Shown piece by piece: positions 20,671 to 32,000 of a DNA stretch of 64,000 nucleotides (positions are counted from its first letter, which is position 1; every line of letters begins with the position of its first letter). Both the position numbers and the translations under genes were made by a program. The stretch comes from an uncultured Candidatus Babeliaceae bacterium (GTDB taxonomy: Bacteria > Babelota > Babeliae > Babelales > Babelaceae). The stretch covers positions 320,001 to 384,000 of the forward strand of contig OY969927.1 of NCBI GenBank assembly GCA_963704655.1, in the 5' to 3' direction. Under the pieces are notes generated by a model. It worked only from the letters and a program-made list of their open reading frames with translations. It was not told the DNA's origin and made no database searches.

Positions 20671-23400
20671 ATGAGTAATAGATTATTTATTTTTGCAGTA
20701 TTTTTGATCAGTTTATTTGTTCCGATATATGCGGAAATAACAAGTGTAGATGAAGCGCTTAAGGTTGTGGGTTTTCTTGATGCGCTTGAAGAAAATTATA
20801 AAGATGCATTTAAAGAAAAAAATATACGCTATGCATTGGAAGATTTATTAGCTTTTTATGAAAATTCAAATGAATTTACTCCAGAACAACGTGCAGGACT
20901 ATTTAATAAATTATATCGCTATTTCCAGCTGGTTGAAAAATTTGATGCTGAAAATGGCTCTGCAACAAAGTTTTTAAATTCAGATCAAAGTTTAGTAACC
21001 TACTGGACACAAATGGTAGCTGCTACTCATACTATACTTGATACGAATAATAGTTCTACGAGTAATGCATTAAATTTAATTGCGCCAATTTCTGGTGGAT
21101 TTAACTACACCTATACGTTGCAAATGCCGGTTAACCAGGGATCTTTTGGACAAGTTTTGTCAACTGATGGTAACAACCCTGCGCAACTTTCTTGGCTTAC
21201 TACTATAACTGCAGATGTAAGTCTTATTTACTCTGCAACAAGTTGTGATAATGTAAATACCATAGTATTACGTGATAATAATGGCAGTTTTGTAGCAACA
21301 AATATCGCGCTGATGGGCAATACAAATAACAGCTTAATAAATTATAGTACAACTTCATGTGGTCCGGGTACGTCGATGTTGAGTATTCCTGGAACACAAA
21401 ATATATTCTTAGGCACATCCGTTGGCAATTCAGCTGTATCGGGCCCAGGTAACGTAGCAGTTGGTAATACAACACTCAATGCTATAACTTCAGGCTCTGG
21501 TAACACTGCTATTGGTGTTAATGCATTAGCTGCAGTAGTGACAGGCTCTAATAATACTGCAGTTGGTTATGGCGCTAACGTAACTGGCGCAAATGCTCTG
21601 AATCAGACAGCAGTTGGTGCCGGCGCAGTTGCACCATTTAATAACAGCGTGGTATTAGGTAACGCTGCTGTAACCAATGTGGTCCCTATGGCAAGCGGTG
21701 TTACAAGTCTTGGTGGTGCAAGTAATATTTGGTCAACCCTCAATACCTATTCAACTAATTACTATGATAGATCAGGTGATGTAGTTACTATTGCAGCAAC
21801 GCCAGGTGGAACAGGAACTTATACAATGTATTGGCCAACTTCTGTAGGTCAAGCAGGGTATGTGCTTGAAGCAACCACCAGTAGTAGTCCGCAACAGCTT
21901 AATTGGATTCCTATTACCGCATTGCTGAGCGGTACCTATTGTGATTTCCCAAGCACCTACGTGCAGCGCGATCCAAATGGTAAATTTGCAGCAACAACGA
22001 TTACGTTAACGGGTGTATCGTTACTTAACTACAGCACTCTTGGTGGTTGTGACCTCGGTAACCCATTCTTGAGCGTTCCAGGAACAAACAACTTGTTCTT
22101 AGGCACTTCTGCTGGTAAACAAACAGTATCAGGCAGTGCCAACGTTGCTGTGGGTAACCAAGCATTAACAAGCATTAGTACTGGTACGTCTAATACTGCA
22201 ATTGGTTATAATGCTCTTGCTGCAGCAGCTGCCGGCTATAATAATGCTGCATTGGGTTATTATGCATTAGCTATTGCTACCGGAAATAATAACGTTGCAG
22301 TAGGTTATAATGCCGGTTCAGCAAGTACCGGATCTAATAATATCTATGTTGGTACAGGAGTAACCGGAAATTCTGGTGATGCCAGTGTTATCAGTATCGG
22401 TATTCAAAATGCTGGAACAAGTGGCACCTATATGGGTGGTATTTATAATACTACGCCTACAGGATTAAACTCTCTTGTAGGTATTACCAGCAGTGGTCAA
22501 CTTGGTGTTGCAACGTCAGCAACTATTACCACACTTACGGTATCAGGAAGTCTTACTGTTGATAATCTTAATGGTGCAGTTATTGCAACTAACGGGTTAT
22601 TAACAGCGACTATTGGTATTGACGGCACACGCCTTGCATCATTTATATTAACCGATACACCTGCAGTAAGCTTCTTCCAACCGGTTGAGCCATCACGTGA
22701 ATCATACTTCTTTGATGACTTTATGGCATTTAATTCTACTGCTGGCGACTTGTTCTATGGTGATACACAATGGGTAATTGGTAATAATACTGCCGGACGT
22801 GTTACGGCAATTGCACCGCTTGCATCTAATGGCGCAATTGGTGTGACTCGTTTAACATCTGGCGCTGCTGTAAATAACAGTAATTATATTACCAAACAGC
22901 TTACGGGCACAACGTCATTAAGCTTGTCGCTAGGATATGGCCCATGCTTGAATGAATGGCGTGTTTCTGTTCCAGCAACTTCAAGCGGAACAAATAGTTT
23001 CTATACTCGTGTTGGCTTTGGAGATAGTCCTGCTGCTACAGCAGTAAACCCAACAGGTGCGCCAAGTAATGGTATTTACTTCCAATGCCTTGATAGCATC
23101 AACAGTGGTTCATGGACGGTTAATACCGCAAGTAATGGAAGCAGAACATCGGCAAATACAGCAGTTGCTCCTACTCCAGGCGTATTCCAACGATTGAGTT
23201 TTCAAGTTAATGGAAATGCATCAAGTGTTACGTTCTACATAAATGATGTTTCGGTAGGAACTATTACGACAACGATACCAACAATAGCCAATGGTAACTA
23301 TTGTTCACCATATGCGTCTGTGGTGCGAAATGCTGGTACTGGAGGATCTCTTGATCTTGATTATTGGTATTTCCATTATACCTTTAATTCACGACGTTAA
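20671..23400 (+). CDS. Secreted tail-fibre/adhesin-like repeat protein (909 aa) with EPSRES domain
   Basis: Signal peptide; NTAxG repeats; ends LDYWYFHYTFNSRR. Confidence 0.8.
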   Translation: MSNRLFIFAVFLISLFVPIYAEITSVDEALKVVGFLDALEENYKDAFKEKNIRYALEDLLAFYENSNEFTPEQRAGLFNKLYRYFQLVEKFDAENGSATKFLNSDQSLVTYWTQMVAATHTILDTNNSSTSNALNLIAPISGGFNYTYTLQMPVNQGSFGQVLSTDGNNPAQLSWLTTITADVSLIYSATSCDNVNTIVLRDNNGSFVATNIALMGNTNNSLINYSTTSCGPGTSMLSIPGTQNIFLGTSVGNSAVSGPGNVAVGNTTLNAITSGSGNTAIGVNALAAVVTGSNNTAVGYGANVTGANALNQTAVGAGAVAPFNNSVVLGNAAVTNVVPMASGVTSLGGASNIWSTLNTYSTNYYDRSGDVVTIAATPGGTGTYTMYWPTSVGQAGYVLEATTSSSPQQLNWIPITALLSGTYCDFPSTYVQRDPNGKFAATTITLTGVSLLNYSTLGGCDLGNPFLSVPGTNNLFLGTSAGKQTVSGSANVAVGNQALTSISTGTSNTAIGYNALAAAAAGYNNAALGYYALAIATGNNNVAVGYNAGSASTGSNNIYVGTGVTGNSGDASVISIGIQNAGTSGTYMGGIYNTTPTGLNSLVGITSSGQLGVATSATITTLTVSGSLTVDNLNGAVIATNGLLTATIGIDGTRLASFILTDTPAVSFFQPVEPSRESYFFDDFMAFNSTAGDLFYGDTQWVIGNNTAGRVTAIAPLASNGAIGVTRLTSGAAVNNSNYITKQLTGTTSLSLSLGYGPCLNEWRVSVPATSSGTNSFYTRVGFGDSPAATAVNPTGAPSNGIYFQCLDSINSGSWTVNTASNGSRTSANTAVAPTPGVFQRLSFQVNGNASSVTFYINDVSVGTITTTIPTIANGNYCSPYASVVRNAGTGGSLDLDYWYFHYTFNSRR

Positions 23401-23427
23401 TAAGTAGATAAAAAAAAGGGTAAAAAG

Positions 23428-26400
23428 ATGAAAATAAACATACTAGTTTTCACATTAACGTTAGTAACATTTTTGCCATTTTATGCTGCCATAAACAGTT
23501 TAAAAGAAGCACGAATTGTTTCGCGGTATCTTGGTGTTATTAAACAACATGACACTATCCTTTTTTCAGACCCTTTGGTGATTCAGACGGTAAACGATCT
23601 TATTGATTTTTGTGAAAATAATAATCAATTAAGTGAACAAGAAAAATTGGAGTTTGTAACGAAATTAGAAGAGTTTATTTTGTTGGTCCCCGCTGATAGC
23701 AGTGGGGATCAACAGATCGGAGATCAATTGGTGGGGAAAGCAAACCCGCTGTCTGTTAATGGGCAGACATTGGTTGCTTATTGGAGTCAAATTTTTAGCT
23801 CGACAGAATTTTTATTTGATAGCACAGGGAACAACACCGTAGCATTATCTGCTCCATTGGTGTTAAATGATAGTTATACTTTACAATTTCCTGTATCAGA
23901 AGGTTCTGCTTATCAAGTGCTGGGAACATTGGGTGGCAATCCCGCACAACTTGCTTGGCTTACTACTGTTACTAATACGAGTCAATTAAATTTACTGAAT
24001 ACCGCAACAAATTGTGATGTTGCAAATACATTAGTATTGCGTGATACAACTGGCAGCTTTGCAGCAACAACAATCACGTTAACCGGCAATAGTTTAATTA
24101 ATTTCAGTACTGTTGGTGGCTGCGATATCGGACAAGGCTTTGTCTTTGCGCCAACACATCAAAATACCATTATCGGCCTAAATGCAGGAAATAATAACAC
24201 CCTTACCGGCACAAGTAATGTTGCATTAGGTTATAATGCGCTAGCAGCGAACATTATTGGACATGACAATATCGCATTAGGTACCAATGCGCTTGCAAAT
24301 AACACCACCAACCTATCTACTGCTGTAGGCTCAGGAACTTTACAAAGTAATGTTTCTGGTAGCCAAAATACTGCTGTTGGATATTATGCATTGAATAAAG
24401 TTGTTGCCAATGGTAACAATACCGCAGTTGGATATTACGCCCTTTTGAATAATACTAATAACCAGCTTACCGCTGTTGGTGCTGGTGCATTACAAACGAA
24501 TGTCAACGGCTCAGCAAATGTTGCAGTTGGCTATAACGCATTGAATCAAAATAACGGAGCAAACAATACGGGTCTTGGTTTTCAGGCAGCGCAGGGAACA
24601 ACTGCTGCAGGTAATATTGTTGCAGTAGGTGCAAATGCTTTTGCAGCAGGCGTTGCTACTGGTGCACAAACGGTTGCAGTTGGCTCAGCTGCGATGCAGA
24701 ATGCAAAACCAGCTTTGGGTGCAGATATTGCCATAGGTTATCAAGCATTGCAGAATGATAATCAAGGGCTCAATGTTGCAGTTGGTACATCGAGCATGAC
24801 CACTAATAATACCGGCGCTTATAACACTGCTGTTGGAATATCAACATTGCAAAACAATGGTAGTGGGATTCAAAATACTGCTATCGGATATTATGCACTT
24901 CAAGCAAATACAACGGGAACATCAAACATTGCATTAGGCTACCAAGCACTTGCAAATGCAAACACCATAAATAACTTTGATAATATTGCAATTGGAGCAT
25001 TTACGCTTACTGGAACTGCGGTATTGGGTGATAATATTGCGGTGGGGGTCAATGCGCTTTCTGCGCCTGGCTATAACCAAGGTCAGCAGATAGCAATTGG
25101 AACAAATGCATTACAACTTAATACAACTGGAACGGCAAATATTGCAATCGGTTACGAAGTGCTTGATGCAAACACGGCTGGTTCATCAAACGTTGGGCTT
25201 GGGTATCAAGCTTTAGGTACTAATGTTAGTGGTAATGATAATACAGCTGTTGGAACATTAGCTCTTTTCAATAACACAACAAATCAGATCACCGCGGTTG
25301 GTTCTGGTGCACTACAAAATAATACTACTGGTATTCAAAATACTGCAATTGGTTATAAAGCGCTTAATGCTAATACCACAGGGACATCAAATGTTGCTAT
25401 CGGATATAAAGCGTTACAGACAAATACTATTGGTGATGATAATATTGCTATAGGTTATAACGCATTAAACACCTTCAATTCTGCTATTGGAAAAAATATA
25501 GCTATTGGTTCGCTAGCATTGCAAAGTTTAAATACTACCAATGCGCAGAGTGTTGCCATTGGTTATCAGTCAGGGCTAATTTCTACAGGTGCTAGCAATA
25601 CTATTGTTGGTTCAAATGCGGCGACTGGTTTAACAACAGGCGGAAGTAGTGTTGTTATTGGTGCAACTGCCGGCGCAGGCACAACAGTAAGTAATAACGT
25701 TGTTGTTGGCGCAGGCGCAGGAAACCAGACATTAACGGGTGCAACTAACGTTGTTGTAGGGCAGGGTTCCGGAACTGGATTAACTTCTGGCGCAAGTAAT
25801 ACCATTTTAGGACAAGCTGCCGGAACCGGTTTAACGTCAGGTGGAAGCAGTGTTGTTATAGGCGCAACTGCAGGTGCAGGTACAACAGTAAGTAATAACG
25901 TTGTTGTTGGCGCAGGCGCAGGAAACCAGACATTAACGGGTGCAACTAACGTTGTTGTAGGGCAGGGTTCCGGAACTGGATTAACTTCTGGCGCAAGTAA
26001 TACCATTTTAGGACAAGCTGCCGGAACCGGTTTAACGTCAGGTGGAAGCAGTGTTGTTATAGGCGCAACTGCAGGTGCAGGTACAACAGTAAGTAATAAC
26101 GTGGTTGTTGGTGCTGGTGCGGGAAACCAGACATTAACCGGCGCTAGCAATGTTATTGTTGGTCAGGGAACAGCTACGGGATTAACTTCAGGTGGAAGCA
26201 ATATTATTATTGGTCAAGGAAACACGGGCGGTACATTAACTACAGGAGCTAATAATATTATTATTAGTACCGGCAATAATGCTACGTACCCAATCGCTAA
26301 TGGTTCGAATGGTATCATTATAGGCTTTGGAACAACTTCTACAACAGCCTGTTGGATCGATGGGATTCTGCCTTTTGCCGCTGGCGCAAATACTGTACGT

Positions 26401-29037
26401 ATAACTGCTGCTGGCAGATTGGGTACAGCTGCTTCGTCTGCACGTTATAAAACTAATATAAAACCGATGACAAGTGAGTCTTCAAATATATATCAGTTAA
26501 GTCCTGTTTCATTTACGTTTATTCCAAGTATTGATCCAACACAAACAACCTACTATGGTTTAATAGCCGAAAATACTGTTGGTCTTTACCCAAGTTTAGT
26601 TGTTACAGATACAGCAGGTCTTCCTTGGGCGATTAACTATGATTTATTGTCACCGATAGTTTTAAATGAAACACTTAAGCTTAACGCCTTTGTGCCGATA
26701 ACATTAAATTATACAAGTACGCAAAATACGGTTATTGGTAAAAATGCGTTGCAGGCAATTACTACTGGTTCGGGTAACACTGTTTTTGGTTATCAAGCGG
26801 GGAATTCGATCACAACAGGATACGGTAACACACTTCTTGGCATGGGTGCAGATGTAGCTTCTGGTAACCTGGTAAATGCGACAGCAATTGGTGCTGGTGC
26901 AAAGGCCACTAATAATAATACTATTGTCTTAGGAAATTCAAATGTTGTTGCTGTAGTACCCGGTTCAACTAATGCTACGCTTGGTGCGCCTGGGCAGATG
27001 TGGTCATCTATTATGACAACACAATTGACTTCTGCTGGCAGTTTAACATCGCCTACAATTACGTTAACAAGTAATCCATTAATGTATTATTATGATGGCA
27101 TAACCACGTGGACTATGTTGTCAGCGCCTGGAACACAAAATACTTTCTTAGGGCAAAGTGCGGGTAATTTATCGGTGACAGGAGCACGTAATGCTGCCTT
27201 TGGTTATCAGGCTGCAAAATCAAACATAACATCAAGTGATAATGTGGCTGTTGGGGTGAATGCATTGGCAACATATAATGGTGCAGGTGGTCAACATGTT
27301 GCAATAGGATCAGGTTCTATGCAAAATGCGACTCCTACCGGACAGTCTGATATTGCAATCGGATATAATACGTTGCAAAAAGATAATGGTCAAGGATCTA
27401 ATATTGCCATTGGTAACTCAGCAATGCAGAATGCTACGCCTATAAATGGTCAAGATATTGCAATTGGGTTACTTACATTACCAAGTGATACCATAGGATT
27501 TAATATCGCAATCGGTAACAGTAGTATGACTAATAATACAACTGGTGTTAATAACGTTGCTCTGGGAATTTCTTCATTACAAACTAATACTTCTGGATCG
27601 TATAACGTCGCTATCGGTAATAGCGCATTATTTGGAAACGCTGCCAATGCTGCAAAAAATGTAAGTAATAACGTTGCTGTTGGGTATCAAAGTTTGTATA
27701 ACAATCGCGCAAATAATTTAACGGCAATTGGTTATTATGCGCTTGGCTCAAATACAACCGGTATTCAAAATACGGCACTTGGTTATTACGCACTTGGCCT
27801 GAATACAACCGGCACATCAAATATCGCTATCGGTTATCAAGCTTTAGCAAATGCAAACACTATCAATAATTTTGATAATATCGCCATTGGTATAAATACG
27901 CTTTCTGGAGCAGGTGTCTTAGGTGATAATATCGCCATTGGTGCAAATGCGCTTTCTGCATCTGGGTATAGTCAAGGCCAGCAGATTGCTGTTGGCACAA
28001 ACGCATTGCAAGTTAATACAACAGGGACAGCAAATATAGCAATTGGTTATGGGGTGCTTGATGCAAACACGGTTGGGTCGTCGAACGTGGGGCTTGGGTA
28101 CCAAGCATTAACTACTAATGTTAGCGGTAATGACAATACTGCAGTTGGAACGAATGCTTTACAGTTTACGACAACATGGCGTTTAACTGCCGTTGGTTCT
28201 GGCGCATTACAATATAATACGACTGGTTTTCAAAATACCGCCGTTGGCTATCAGGCGCTTAATGCAAATACAACCGGCACATCGAATGTTGCTATTGGTT
28301 ACCAAGCTCTTTTAACAAATACAGGAAGCAGTAGCAATATCGCCATTGGTGCCAATACATTAACAAGATTTAGCAGTGCTTCTAATTTTGGTGGCAATAA
28401 TACAGCAGTGGGTATCAATGCGTTAGTTTCACTCATTACGGGAACTGGCAATACAGTTTTGGGCTACAACGCTGGATCAAACTTAACAACTGGTAGTGGA
28501 AATATTTATGTCGGTGCATTTGTTGCCGCAGCAACAACTAACGAGAGCAACACAATACGTATTGGAAGTGTTGGCGGTGCAGGAACAGCAGCTTGCTATA
28601 TTCAAGGAATTAATGGTAAAACAGTTCTTCCTGTAGCTGGTGCGGGCACTGTTAGTGTAAGTACGACTGGACAGCTTGGTACTACCGTTTCATCACGACG
28701 TTTTAAGAAAAATATTCAAGATATGGGTCTAATCACTGAAGATTTGTATAAATTACGTCCTGTAACATTTAATTATAAAGTTGATGAGGCTGAAGAGCAT
28801 TTAGAATATGGTCTAATCGCTGAGGAAGTTGATGAGGTTTATCCAGGGATTATTATTAGGGATGATTATGGAGCGCCATTTTCGGTTCAATACCAATTTC
28901 TTCCTATGATGATGCTTAATGAATTGCAAAAAGATCGTGCACGTATTGTGGTATTAGAAGATAAAATTGTAAGATTGGAACAACAGATTAGCAAGCTTTT
29001 GAATAATAGTGAACGACTTTCAGTAAAGGATGTGTGA
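23428..29037 (+). CDS. Tail-fibre-like repeat protein (1,869 aa) with internal and C-terminal peptidase S74 (intramolecular chaperone)-like domains
   Basis: Dozens of NTAVGYxAL repeats; SSARYK...YGLIAE internally; SSRRFK...YGLIAEEV plus coiled coil at the C-terminus. Confidence 0.85.
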   Translation: MKINILVFTLTLVTFLPFYAAINSLKEARIVSRYLGVIKQHDTILFSDPLVIQTVNDLIDFCENNNQLSEQEKLEFVTKLEEFILLVPADSSGDQQIGDQLVGKANPLSVNGQTLVAYWSQIFSSTEFLFDSTGNNTVALSAPLVLNDSYTLQFPVSEGSAYQVLGTLGGNPAQLAWLTTVTNTSQLNLLNTATNCDVANTLVLRDTTGSFAATTITLTGNSLINFSTVGGCDIGQGFVFAPTHQNTIIGLNAGNNNTLTGTSNVALGYNALAANIIGHDNIALGTNALANNTTNLSTAVGSGTLQSNVSGSQNTAVGYYALNKVVANGNNTAVGYYALLNNTNNQLTAVGAGALQTNVNGSANVAVGYNALNQNNGANNTGLGFQAAQGTTAAGNIVAVGANAFAAGVATGAQTVAVGSAAMQNAKPALGADIAIGYQALQNDNQGLNVAVGTSSMTTNNTGAYNTAVGISTLQNNGSGIQNTAIGYYALQANTTGTSNIALGYQALANANTINNFDNIAIGAFTLTGTAVLGDNIAVGVNALSAPGYNQGQQIAIGTNALQLNTTGTANIAIGYEVLDANTAGSSNVGLGYQALGTNVSGNDNTAVGTLALFNNTTNQITAVGSGALQNNTTGIQNTAIGYKALNANTTGTSNVAIGYKALQTNTIGDDNIAIGYNALNTFNSAIGKNIAIGSLALQSLNTTNAQSVAIGYQSGLISTGASNTIVGSNAATGLTTGGSSVVIGATAGAGTTVSNNVVVGAGAGNQTLTGATNVVVGQGSGTGLTSGASNTILGQAAGTGLTSGGSSVVIGATAGAGTTVSNNVVVGAGAGNQTLTGATNVVVGQGSGTGLTSGASNTILGQAAGTGLTSGGSSVVIGATAGAGTTVSNNVVVGAGAGNQTLTGASNVIVGQGTATGLTSGGSNIIIGQGNTGGTLTTGANNIIISTGNNATYPIANGSNGIIIGFGTTSTTACWIDGILPFAAGANTVRITAAGRLGTAASSARYKTNIKPMTSESSNIYQLSPVSFTFIPSIDPTQTTYYGLIAENTVGLYPSLVVTDTAGLPWAINYDLLSPIVLNETLKLNAFVPITLNYTSTQNTVIGKNALQAITTGSGNTVFGYQAGNSITTGYGNTLLGMGADVASGNLVNATAIGAGAKATNNNTIVLGNSNVVAVVPGSTNATLGAPGQMWSSIMTTQLTSAGSLTSPTITLTSNPLMYYYDGITTWTMLSAPGTQNTFLGQSAGNLSVTGARNAAFGYQAAKSNITSSDNVAVGVNALATYNGAGGQHVAIGSGSMQNATPTGQSDIAIGYNTLQKDNGQGSNIAIGNSAMQNATPINGQDIAIGLLTLPSDTIGFNIAIGNSSMTNNTTGVNNVALGISSLQTNTSGSYNVAIGNSALFGNAANAAKNVSNNVAVGYQSLYNNRANNLTAIGYYALGSNTTGIQNTALGYYALGLNTTGTSNIAIGYQALANANTINNFDNIAIGINTLSGAGVLGDNIAIGANALSASGYSQGQQIAVGTNALQVNTTGTANIAIGYGVLDANTVGSSNVGLGYQALTTNVSGNDNTAVGTNALQFTTTWRLTAVGSGALQYNTTGFQNTAVGYQALNANTTGTSNVAIGYQALLTNTGSSSNIAIGANTLTRFSSASNFGGNNTAVGINALVSLITGTGNTVLGYNAGSNLTTGSGNIYVGAFVAAATTNESNTIRIGSVGGAGTAACYIQGINGKTVLPVAGAGTVSVSTTGQLGTTVSSRRFKKNIQDMGLITEDLYKLRPVTFNYKVDEAEEHLEYGLIAEEVDEVYPGIIIRDDYGAPFSVQYQFLPMMMLNELQKDRARIVVLEDKIVRLEQQISKLLNNSERLSVKDV
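25624..26200. repeat. About three 201-bp (67-aa) tandem repeats
   Basis: ACAACAGTAAGTAATAAC at 25681, 25882 and 26083. Confidence 0.9.
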
Positions 29038-32000
29038 TGAAAAGAAAGATGTTATTTTTTTATACTATATTTTTGACGTTAAGTGCCTTAACAACGCTTA
29101 ACGCAGTTCAAGATAAAGTTGTTTTGGTTGATAACAATACATTATCTCAGCTAGATATGCATAGATGGTATAATGAAAATATACATCAGCTAGAATCTGT
29201 TCCTGCACAAGCGTATGTTCATCATAAGATTTTTAAACTGACACATGATAAAGATTCTGAATACATTTTTATATACGGAAATAAAAAATTCGTGTCACGA
29301 CAAGAAGCACAATTAGATGCGGGTGATTGTTGTTTAGGGCAACTGCCTGGCGCAACGCTGATCGCAGATTTTCTTGTGCATAATCAAGATCTTTTTGTCC
29401 GTAATGCGCAAAAAGTTTCACACCGTGCCGGTCAATTTATTTGGGATCGACTTACTCCTGGATTACCTTTATTGTTAGATTCAAATTTAGATGTTGTTAC
29501 ACAAAACGTTGATATAGCAAGTCAAACAAGCGGTGCTGTGGCAATAGCATTAGGTGGCACCAATTCAACTTCGCCATTACAGAACAATTGTCTTATGGAA
29601 TCAGTTGGTGGACAAATAGTTGAAGCTCCGGCGTTACAAAATGGACAGATTTTTATTGGTGCAACAGGCATGTCGCCAAGTCCTGCAACTATTTCTGGAA
29701 CAGCTTCTCAAATTAATATAACAAATGGCCCTGGATCTATAACACTTTCAACACCACAAAATATCGATTTACTGTCAACGCCGACATTTGTGGGTATTCA
29801 GTTTCAACCTAGTGGTTCATCTAATTATGTTACTCTTCAGGCACCTGCAACAGTAAGTTCAACGTATTCAGTAAGCCTACCAGGCTCTGCGCCAACTGCA
29901 GGTCAAGTATTACAGGCAACATCTACATCAACAACTCAGTGGGGGAATGTGAGTGACGCGCTTACTTTATATGTTGCTGTCAATGGAAATGATAGCACGG
30001 GAAATGGCTCATTAACAGCACCTTTTGCAAGCTTAAAGCGGGCACTAGCCGTCGCTAATGCTATTGCATCAGAATATACACCAGTTAAAATCTCAGTGGG
30101 GCCTGGTATATTTGTGGAAGACACTTCTTCTGGCCCATTAATAATTAATCCTGTAAGTGGTAGTGGTTATATCAACATTGTGGGAACATCAAGTCAAACA
30201 ACTCTCTTTACTTCTTATACCCCAACACAAACGTTTATCTATATGCCAGCAAATGGCCGGCTTTCTGATTTGGCAATTTTTGGTATATATGAAGCGCCCG
30301 CAGTGTGCGCAGATGGCACTGGTAATAATTCTGCCTTTATTAACGCTGTTGCAGTTGGTTGCCAGCAGGGTTTTCTTTTTCAAGGTGGTATAACAACTAA
30401 CTACTATTTACAAGGAGTTGCTACCGAAAGTTGCGGTGTTGGTGTGCTAGTTGATGATGCTCGCGTGTTGATGTATAACTCAAGTTTTGATGGGGCACTT
30501 GAAACAACAATTATTCCTGCAAATACGGGGGTTATTGTAACAGGTCCGGCAGGGCGTATGGTTGCAGAGTCATGCGCATTTTTATATTGCGGCCTTTGTG
30601 GATTGGTAGAAAATCAAGGGAACGCTACATTTATAGGCGGCTCGTTTATTAGTTCAACAAGTGGTGTTCAGGCAGCAAGTCAGTCAACGTGTATTGTTAA
30701 TGGTTCAACATTTTATAGTAATACCGCAACGAATATGATCGCTCGAGATTTGGGGACAACTTTGCAGTCAACTGCATGTAATGTTGATGGTAATAGTTTA
30801 AATAATCTTCCGCAAGGAACGGGTCTTTTGGTTACCACCAGTGCTCAGGCTAATATTGCAGTTGCGTCGTTAACTAATTTAATAAATGGTATTATCATTG
30901 GTCAAGATGGTGATGATAGCACAACGCAGGTTCTTTCAGTTGGAGTAACTATCGATAATTGTGCAGGATCACAAATTATTCAAAATGGGCTTGCGCAATT
31001 AACGTATGTTGATGGTGCTCTTAATAGGAACTTTATAACTATTTCAAATCCTACAAATGTTACCTTTAATACCACGGATGCTTCAAGCGGGCAGGCAACG
31101 ATTATTGGTCAGCATAGTGATGTTGATCAAGATTTGATTCTTGTTGATACTGGGGTTGCGCAGATGCCAGGGTTAGTTTATCAATCAAATTATATGGATT
31201 GTAAGGGTATAATTTATCAAAATACTAATCCTGCTTTTTCAACCATGCTTGGGGTGCAGGGACAAAACTCTGGCGCAACACTTTCTGCAGTTACTGCTTC
31301 AAATGCACAACCTGCAAAAGTCATGTTATTTTCAAACTCCGGTGCTTTTGGCGGAATGAGTAATATGCGCGGTTGGTTGTTGAATAAAAACGCAACAAAC
31401 GCTCAATTGGCAGGTGAATTTTATAATAATGATCTTGATGGTAAACCTGCTATAGATCAATATACAAGTTTTCAATTTGACGGTTTTAATAATATTTTGC
31501 AATTCCCGGCAGTAACCACAACAAATTTACCAACCAATACCGTGGCACAATTACAATGGGCGGGAGATACGAATCTTTACCGTGCACAAGCAGGTGTGTT
31601 ACAGACAGATAATAACTTTGCCATTCAAGGTCTTGCCACCGCAAATAGTGCATTATATGTAGATGGTAATAAGCAGGTTGCTGCAAGTGTTACCTCTTCA
31701 AGTGATTTAGCACAACTTGCAGGAATAACCGGTGGTCCTATTCAGCCGCAACTTAATAATAAAGTTTCAAAGGCTGGCGATGTTATGACCGGCGTGTTAA
31801 CTATTCCAGATGGCACCGTTGCAAGACCGGCACTTAGTTTTAATGGTTTTCCTAATACTGGATTAGCGATTATAGGTAACGTTTTTACCTTAATGACTTC
31901 AGGCAGTTCACGCTTAACAGTAGATGCTAACGGTGTTGTGGGTATTAATAGCTCGAATGTTTCAACGGTGTTGAACGTAGGCGGTGATGTATCTGTAGTG

